Source: an uncultured Bacteroides sp. (GTDB lineage: Bacteria > Bacteroidota > Bacteroidia > Bacteroidales > Bacteroidaceae). From it: 64,000 nucleotides of DNA. Below are positions 58,721 to 64,000 of this stretch, in pieces; positions within the stretch are counted from its first letter, which is position 1; every line of letters begins with the position of its first letter. Location: the NCBI GenBank assembly GCA_900759525.1, contig CAAEVR010000164.1, positions 2,940-66,939 on the forward strand, given 5' to 3'. A program made the position numbers and the translations under genes. Below the pieces are notes generated by a model. That model was not told where the DNA came from and made no database searches. It was given only the letters and a program-made list of their open reading frames with translations.

Positions 58721-61288
58721 TTATTCAAGCCAGATACTCCCTATCTCTATTTCCGCAGTCTTTTCAGCAACTCCGTCAAAGGAGAGTTCAAAAGTTTCAA
58801 TCCCCTCTACCCTGAAAGGTATTTCAGTCTGCGGACGAAAATAATGGTCAAGGAAGACCGGATAGGCGTGGGGAAGCAAAGCAGTATTCGTTTGTTCTAA
58901 ATCCTGCAAGGGTACACGAATGACACCATCAGTCGCAGCGGCACACGAAGCAAGATAAGTATATCCGTCAGAAGTAATGAAGCCGGCTTTTAGTCCTTCG
59001 GGAATCTTCTTTGCATGGATACACAAAGTATGGCAGGAAGCGAGTCGTTCAAGACGTCCATCGATATCATCCTTAATATAGCAACGAAGAACAAAGACGG
59101 GCGCCTTATCTTTAGACTCGAAGGCGATGTGCAGGGTGGGCTTCTCTGTCGGTGCATTTTGTATTAACCGGCGATTTGTACGGCTCCATTCGGGCATAGT
59201 ATATGTTTCCAATTTACTATCAGCATCCACTATTTCCAGCAGAGACAGTGATTTTTCAGGAGCGACTACGTTGGTTTCCCACAGGGTAGCCGAAGTATAG
59301 TCCCAATCCAGTGGACTCCCGGCTACTCCCGAAGGAAACGTTTGTCGCTTATCGCCTTGACAAACGACGATGTTATACCTAAAACAACCCTCTTTTATCT
59401 CTGTAGCAGGTATGGTAGCACGATAAGTGTAACCGCCTGCATGATTCATTTTCAGATAAGGATTCTTTTCATTCCAGAAAGATATCTTATCTGTATAGAT
59501 AATAACGGAATCGGGCATTTCATTACCCGCCACAATGGCCTCTATCTGTAAATCTTTACCGGCATCTACTGTCTTGGCAGGAGAATGAGTAACAGTAAAA
59601 CCTTTATTATCTGAAATGGATGGACGTACATATTCACCAAGAGTAATATTCTGCCAATGAGCTTCAGCAGTCCATTTACCGGAAGCAGATATACCTTCAC
59701 GCTGTAACAGATAAACACCCGGACGAAGGGTAGAAATCTTGCCATTCGCAGCTTGTGAACTGAATGTATTTCCATTATTCAAACCGTTCACCCGGAATTG
59801 CTTACCTAAATCAGGTAAATTCAGAGTCATATCCCATGCACCGGAAACAATGCGCATTACTTCTTTATCCAAAGAAGGCTTTGTAAACGGATCACTAACC
59901 TGTACGGCATCGGGCATTACTTCCAAACGCCAAACACCCTCTTCCAAACGATCCAGCCAATAAACTCCCGTACCTTCATAATTCACCACCGGAGATTTGC
60001 CACAACCTGCAATGGCGCGAAGCTGAGAAATATCTTTCGGACGGGTTTGAGTTGTATTGGAATAGTAGAATTTCTCTCCGTCATTCAGTTCGCTTAAATC
60101 CTGCACGTAACTGACACGGAAACCATTGAATAATGTATCTGCCGGATAACTGACAAAACTCTCTCCCCTGCCCACTTTCTGCGCCACTTCTGCGGCAATC
60201 ATCAATCCGATAGCCTTATTCGGGGTGTATGCTACATTCAAGTAATGAGTCTGGTATTCGGTATTGTAGGCCGCCATGTCGATAGGATCATAGGCAAACT
60301 GAGTAATCCACTGGAAACCTGCTGTGCGGAAAGTGCGTACAGTGGCCGGATACATATAGGAATAAAGAATATCAGCGGGATCAAATTCATAAACCATACG
60401 GGCCTTCTTATCGAAACCTTTCAGATTGGAGAAAGGAATAGCATAACGGTCAACGAAAGGCAGGAAGTTCCCCTTGCGGGTATGTCCGGATACAAGTCCA
60501 ATGGGATACCATTGATAGGTAGTACCTTGTATGGCTGTAGAATAGTAAGCCTCTACCACATGCTGGTTATGGCTGACATTGTAGAACACCGGTTTGCGGT
60601 TGCCTGCACGTTTCAGGGCGGACAGCATCTTATTTATGTAACTACGCGTTCCGGTTACAGTGCCCGGATGGCAAGGTTCGTTGTTTATTTCAAAACCTAC
60701 GATATAAGGATCGTCTTTGTAAGTATAGCCAGTATAAGGATTCACGTGGCGTACAAGAGCAGCAATATACTTTTCCTGTGCAGCAATAGCTTCTATATCA
60801 CTATGAACAGCACATTTATCATAATGAGATGAAAAGCCACCAACAGGCTGGTTATGTTCCGGATAACCATTGCCAAAGTTAGTCTGTGCTGTGATAACGG
60901 TACGGATACCGCGTTCCTGCAATTTATGGATAAGATAGTCCAATAGCTCCAGGTGCTCATTTTCCAGCAAGTTACCTTCTGCATCGGAAATTTCTACATC
61001 CCAGATGTGAATACGGTAAGCATTCAGTCCCAGGCGTGCCATGTGATAGACATCACGGTCGATAGCAGTTTTATGGTCCACTCCCAGATAGCCCATTGCC
61101 CGGTAGGCATGTGCAAAGGGTAAGGTATAGTTCACACCAAAGAAAGAAGCTTCTTTCTTCGTATCCGACCAACGCATGACGCCGCCGGCATCTACATAAA
61201 TAGTAGGAACGTTTTTAGGTACTTTGTTCTGTGCCGGAGCAACTACTGCCAGCAAACAAGTAATCAAGATAAGAATGTGTCTCTGCAT
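58721..61288 (-). CDS. Clan GH-A glycoside hydrolase, probably GH147 beta-galactosidase
   Basis: FFGVNYTLPF, YRIHIWD, FEINNEP (acid/base), VYEFD (nucleophile), QFAYDP; lies in a galactan PUL. Confidence 0.75.
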   Translation of the reverse strand: MQRHILILITCLLAVVAPAQNKVPKNVPTIYVDAGGVMRWSDTKKEASFFGVNYTLPFAHAYRAMGYLGVDHKTAIDRDVYHMARLGLNAYRIHIWDVEISDAEGNLLENEHLELLDYLIHKLQERGIRTVITAQTNFGNGYPEHNQPVGGFSSHYDKCAVHSDIEAIAAQEKYIAALVRHVNPYTGYTYKDDPYIVGFEINNEPCHPGTVTGTRSYINKMLSALKRAGNRKPVFYNVSHNQHVVEAYYSTAIQGTTYQWYPIGLVSGHTRKGNFLPFVDRYAIPFSNLKGFDKKARMVYEFDPADILYSYMYPATVRTFRTAGFQWITQFAYDPIDMAAYNTEYQTHYLNVAYTPNKAIGLMIAAEVAQKVGRGESFVSYPADTLFNGFRVSYVQDLSELNDGEKFYYSNTTQTRPKDISQLRAIAGCGKSPVVNYEGTGVYWLDRLEEGVWRLEVMPDAVQVSDPFTKPSLDKEVMRIVSGAWDMTLNLPDLGKQFRVNGLNNGNTFSSQAANGKISTLRPGVYLLQREGISASGKWTAEAHWQNITLGEYVRPSISDNKGFTVTHSPAKTVDAGKDLQIEAIVAGNEMPDSVIIYTDKISFWNEKNPYLKMNHAGGYTYRATIPATEIKEGCFRYNIVVCQGDKRQTFPSGVAGSPLDWDYTSATLWETNVVAPEKSLSLLEIVDADSKLETYTMPEWSRTNRRLIQNAPTEKPTLHIAFESKDKAPVFVLRCYIKDDIDGRLERLASCHTLCIHAKKIPEGLKAGFITSDGYTYLASCAAATDGVIRVPLQDLEQTNTALLPHAYPVFLDHYFRPQTEIPFRVEGIETFELSFDGVAEKTAEIEIGSIWLE

Positions 61289-61320
61289 GTCATCAAATTC
61301 AAGTTGTTTTTTCTTGACGG

Positions 61321-61386
61321 CAAAAGTAATGGAGTGCTATTATTCGTCAAAGCAGATATCGGACATAAAAGGAAACAAAAAGGACA
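61321..61386 (-). promoter_or_regulatory. Galactan PUL promoter: -7 box and putative HTCS tandem site
   Basis: TACTTTTG on the - strand (61321-61328); GGACA direct repeats 21 bp apart (61361, 61382). Confidence 0.55.
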
Positions 61387-61502
61387 CTTACTGATTATCA
61401 ACAACATATGCAGACTGTTTATATGAATTAAGAGCAGCTTTGCTAAACAAAACTCACCATTCGTTGTTCTCTTCGGAACGATAACAATCTAATAAAGAAA
61501 CA

Positions 61503-61985
61503 ATGAAAAAGTTGACGTATTCTTTCCTGCTCCTGATGCTCCTGACATCAGTTCCGGCCCTTGCCGATTATGCGCCTGTCAATGTACAGACAGCACTGAA
61601 AAAGATGTATCCTGCCGCCAAGGATGTTGCCTGGTCACGGGATGAGACCTACTATGTAGCGGACTTTATACAGAATGGTTTCGATACAAAGGTCTGGTTC
61701 AATTCCGAGGCACAATGGGAAATGAAACAGATTGACTGGGGAACAATGGATGAGGTGCCCAATGCCGTATACAATGCTTTTGCCGCAAGCGAATATTCCG
61801 ACGGAATGGTGCAGGGAGTCACCTTAGTCCAGTTTCCCAAACGGGAAGCAGTGGTTTCCGTAGTTGTGGGAATGGCGAATACACAGACCAGGTACCAACT
61901 ACTGTTCACCCTTGACGGTGGACTGGAAGATGAACGCAATGCGACCTATTTCAACAACCTGCTTGGCGCGGAAGTCTTCTTATAA
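61503..61985 (+). CDS. Periplasmic PepSY-like (BLIP-like) domain protein
   Basis: Signal peptide; two repeats P..V..AL..MYP.AKDV.W and VPNAVYNAFAASEYSD. Confidence 0.8.
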   Translation: MKKLTYSFLLLMLLTSVPALADYAPVNVQTALKKMYPAAKDVAWSRDETYYVADFIQNGFDTKVWFNSEAQWEMKQIDWGTMDEVPNAVYNAFAASEYSDGMVQGVTLVQFPKREAVVSVVVGMANTQTRYQLLFTLDGGLEDERNATYFNNLLGAEVFL

Positions 61986-62000
61986 AAGAGAAGCCCTCCC

Positions 62001-64000
62001 TCACACATACTGTTTCGGAGTCACTCCAAACTCTGCCTGGAAGCATTTGGAGAAATAGGAATGATTGGAGAAACCAACCATATACATCACCTCAGCCACA
62101 GTAAACTTCTGCTGTTTCAGCAGCATAGCCGCCTTTTTCATGCGGATGGACTTAATGTATTCCACAGGGGTCATACCCGTCAGTTGCTTTATCTTGCGGT
62201 ACATCTGCTTGTTATTGATGCCGGTCCATTCGCAAAGGGCATTCACATTCAGTTCGGAGTCTGAGATGTGTTCTTCAATCAGATGAATCACACTTGCCAG
62301 GAACTTCTCATCATAAGAAACCGCCTCTATCTCTTTCGGGGTAGAAAGAACTTCCATGCGGGCTTTCGCCTCATGCGTCTCCCGGCTATGTAATAATTGC
62401 TCCACACGAGAAAGTAAAATATCCGGTTCAAAGGGTTTAGGAATAAAGGCATCTATATGCAATTGAATACTTTCAAGTTCTGTTTCCTTATCGCTTTTCG
62501 CAGTCAGCAAGATAATGGGAATAGTAGATGTGGGAACATGCTTCTTGATATGACGCACCATTTCAAGCCCATCCATCACGGGCATCATGACATCAGCAAT
62601 AATCAGATCGGGCATTAATTCCAGAGTGAGTTCCATACCAACCTTACCATTGTCCGCCAAGCGACAACGATATTGGGTATGCAGTATCTGATAAATAAAC
62701 TCTGCAACTTCCGGAGTATCATCCACAACCAGAAGCAATGGGGCATCCGGAGCGGGCGTATCTGTATCGGGAATCACAATCGAAGTTCCGGCAACAATAG
62801 GTTCGACATCAAAAGAAGCAGTTTCCGCAGAAATCTCTACAACAGACTCTTCCATAGCAATCACCGGAAGGGTAAGCATAATGGTAGTACCTTTATTCTC
62901 TTCTGAAGAAAGCAGGACATTACCGCCATGCAGCTCCGTATAGGTTTTTACCAGATATAGTCCGATACCCGTTCCCTCCTTCTTGCCCGCCGTCTTGGGA
63001 GACTGGAAGAAACGCTGGAAGACATGCGGCTGATCCTGGCAGGGAACACCGATACCTGTATCTGATACAGAGATATACACCTCTTTATCAGAAGCCTGCA
63101 AACGAAGCGTTATCTCTCCCGCTTCCGGAGTGTATTTCACGGCATTAGACAAGAGGTTATCCAAGATAGATTCCAGTTTTATGGCATCCATCTGTATGTA
63201 TATCTTTTCACGGTCGGTATGGAAATGGAAGGTTAGTTTCTTCTCTTTTGCCTTCTCCTCTGCATACAAGGTAAATAAACCATGCGCAAAAGATACCAGT
63301 TCGATTTGAGAAAGTATCAACAACGTATTGTTGCCACTATCCACCCGGTTGAAGTCCAGTCCCTGATGAATGAGTGAATTCAATTTCATCGCATTGCGAT
63401 GTACCTGCTCCAGTTGTTTCTTCTCTTGCTGATCCTTGATGCCGGGCAGTAATTTACTGATAGGGGCGATAATCATACTCAACGGAGTTTTCAGGTCATG
63501 GGAAAGGTTGGTGAAAAACTCCATCTTCGCCTGTGATTGTTCCAGGATCTTCTCCTTCTCCATACGCTCCAGCTTCAAGCGGTTTTTTACGCGGAAAAAG
63601 TTGATAGTCCAGATCACCAGTACCAGACAGAGCAAAACATAGAGTGCCTTTGCCCACAGAGTATAGTACCAAGGTGGAATGATATGAACCTCCAGTGTAT
63701 AAGCCCGGTCCGATGGTTTTCCATAAGCGTCCAACTTACTCACCAACAGACGATAGTCTCCATAACTCAGGTTATTGTAAGTGATGCGGTTGGTATTTGC
63801 TTTCAATAAGTTCCACTCGCGATCCACGCCTTCCAGACGATATACAAGTTTGCTTTTCTCTTCAAGAGAGTAAGGCAGGTCGGAAAGTTCAAAGGCAAGG
63901 TTATTCTGGTCATAAGCCAGTTCTATCCGTTGTGAGTAACGGATGCCTTGTCCGGACAATGAAGAAATGCCGAAGCGTCCGGTACCGGAATATGAAACAT
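62001..64000 (-). CDS. Hybrid two-component system (Y_Y_Y, TM, histidine kinase, receiver, AraC), 5' part outside the window
   Basis: YRLEG, PPWYYT, NLSHDLKTPL, NLLSNAVKYT, GTGIGL, DVMMPVMDG, AraC tail VGFSNHSYFSKCF. Confidence 0.95.
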   Translation of the reverse strand, partial: VSYSGTGRFGISSLSGQGIRYSQRIELAYDQNNLAFELSDLPYSLEEKSKLVYRLEGVDREWNLLKANTNRITYNNLSYGDYRLLVSKLDAYGKPSDRAYTLEVHIIPPWYYTLWAKALYVLLCLVLVIWTINFFRVKNRLKLERMEKEKILEQSQAKMEFFTNLSHDLKTPLSMIIAPISKLLPGIKDQQEKKQLEQVHRNAMKLNSLIHQGLDFNRVDSGNNTLLILSQIELVSFAHGLFTLYAEEKAKEKKLTFHFHTDREKIYIQMDAIKLESILDNLLSNAVKYTPEAGEITLRLQASDKEVYISVSDTGIGVPCQDQPHVFQRFFQSPKTAGKKEGTGIGLYLVKTYTELHGGNVLLSSEENKGTTIMLTLPVIAMEESVVEISAETASFDVEPIVAGTSIVIPDTDTPAPDAPLLLVVDDTPEVAEFIYQILHTQYRCRLADNGKVGMELTLELMPDLIIADVMMPVMDGLEMVRHIKKHVPTSTIPIILLTAKSDKETELESIQLHIDAFIPKPFEPDILLSRVEQLLHSRETHEAKARMEVLSTPKEIEAVSYDEKFLASVIHLIEEHISDSELNVNALCEWTGINNKQMYRKIKQLTGMTPVEYIKSIRMKKAAMLLKQQKFTVAEVMYMVGFSNHSYFSKCFQAEFGVTPKQYV

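Overview
This 64-kb window is chromosomal DNA from a gut Bacteroidaceae, most likely Bacteroides, judged from TAnnTTTG promoters, SusC/SusD pairs and a hybrid two-component system. About 1-24.8 kb is housekeeping: LTA-synthase-like gene (partial), fsa/transaldolase, pit-DUF47-dedA, pulA, ruvC, tRNA-Ala(GGC), tonB, pheS, MFS, nth, pgk, porin, glsA, TPR, maf, kdsC, nitroreductase and GNAT. About 24.8-45.4 kb is a rearranged starch/alpha-glucan locus. Recognisable susC-susD-susE-susF are followed not by susG but by a GH53 beta-1,4-galactanase, a SusA-like GH13 whose N-terminus is copied from the neighbouring esterase, an esterase fusion protein, two broken ATPase/nuclease genes, a GH13 amylase with a T9SS-type tail and a lipoprotein debranching enzyme. 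A 1.66-kb repeat-rich spacer and an AAA/PD-(D/E)XK gene separate this from a canonical pectic beta-1,4-galactan PUL (48.6-64 kb: GH2, GH53, SGBP, SusD, SusC, GH147-like, PepSY-like, partial HTCS). The most notable observations are the starch/galactan hybrid PUL, two identically spaced LacI-type operators, the borrowed N-terminus, a candidate secreted leader (arrest) peptide upstream of dedA-DUF47-pit, and several phased or palindromic intergenic repeat families. No CRISPR array, rRNA, integrase or transposase was seen. All family assignments come from motif recognition by eye, without database searches.
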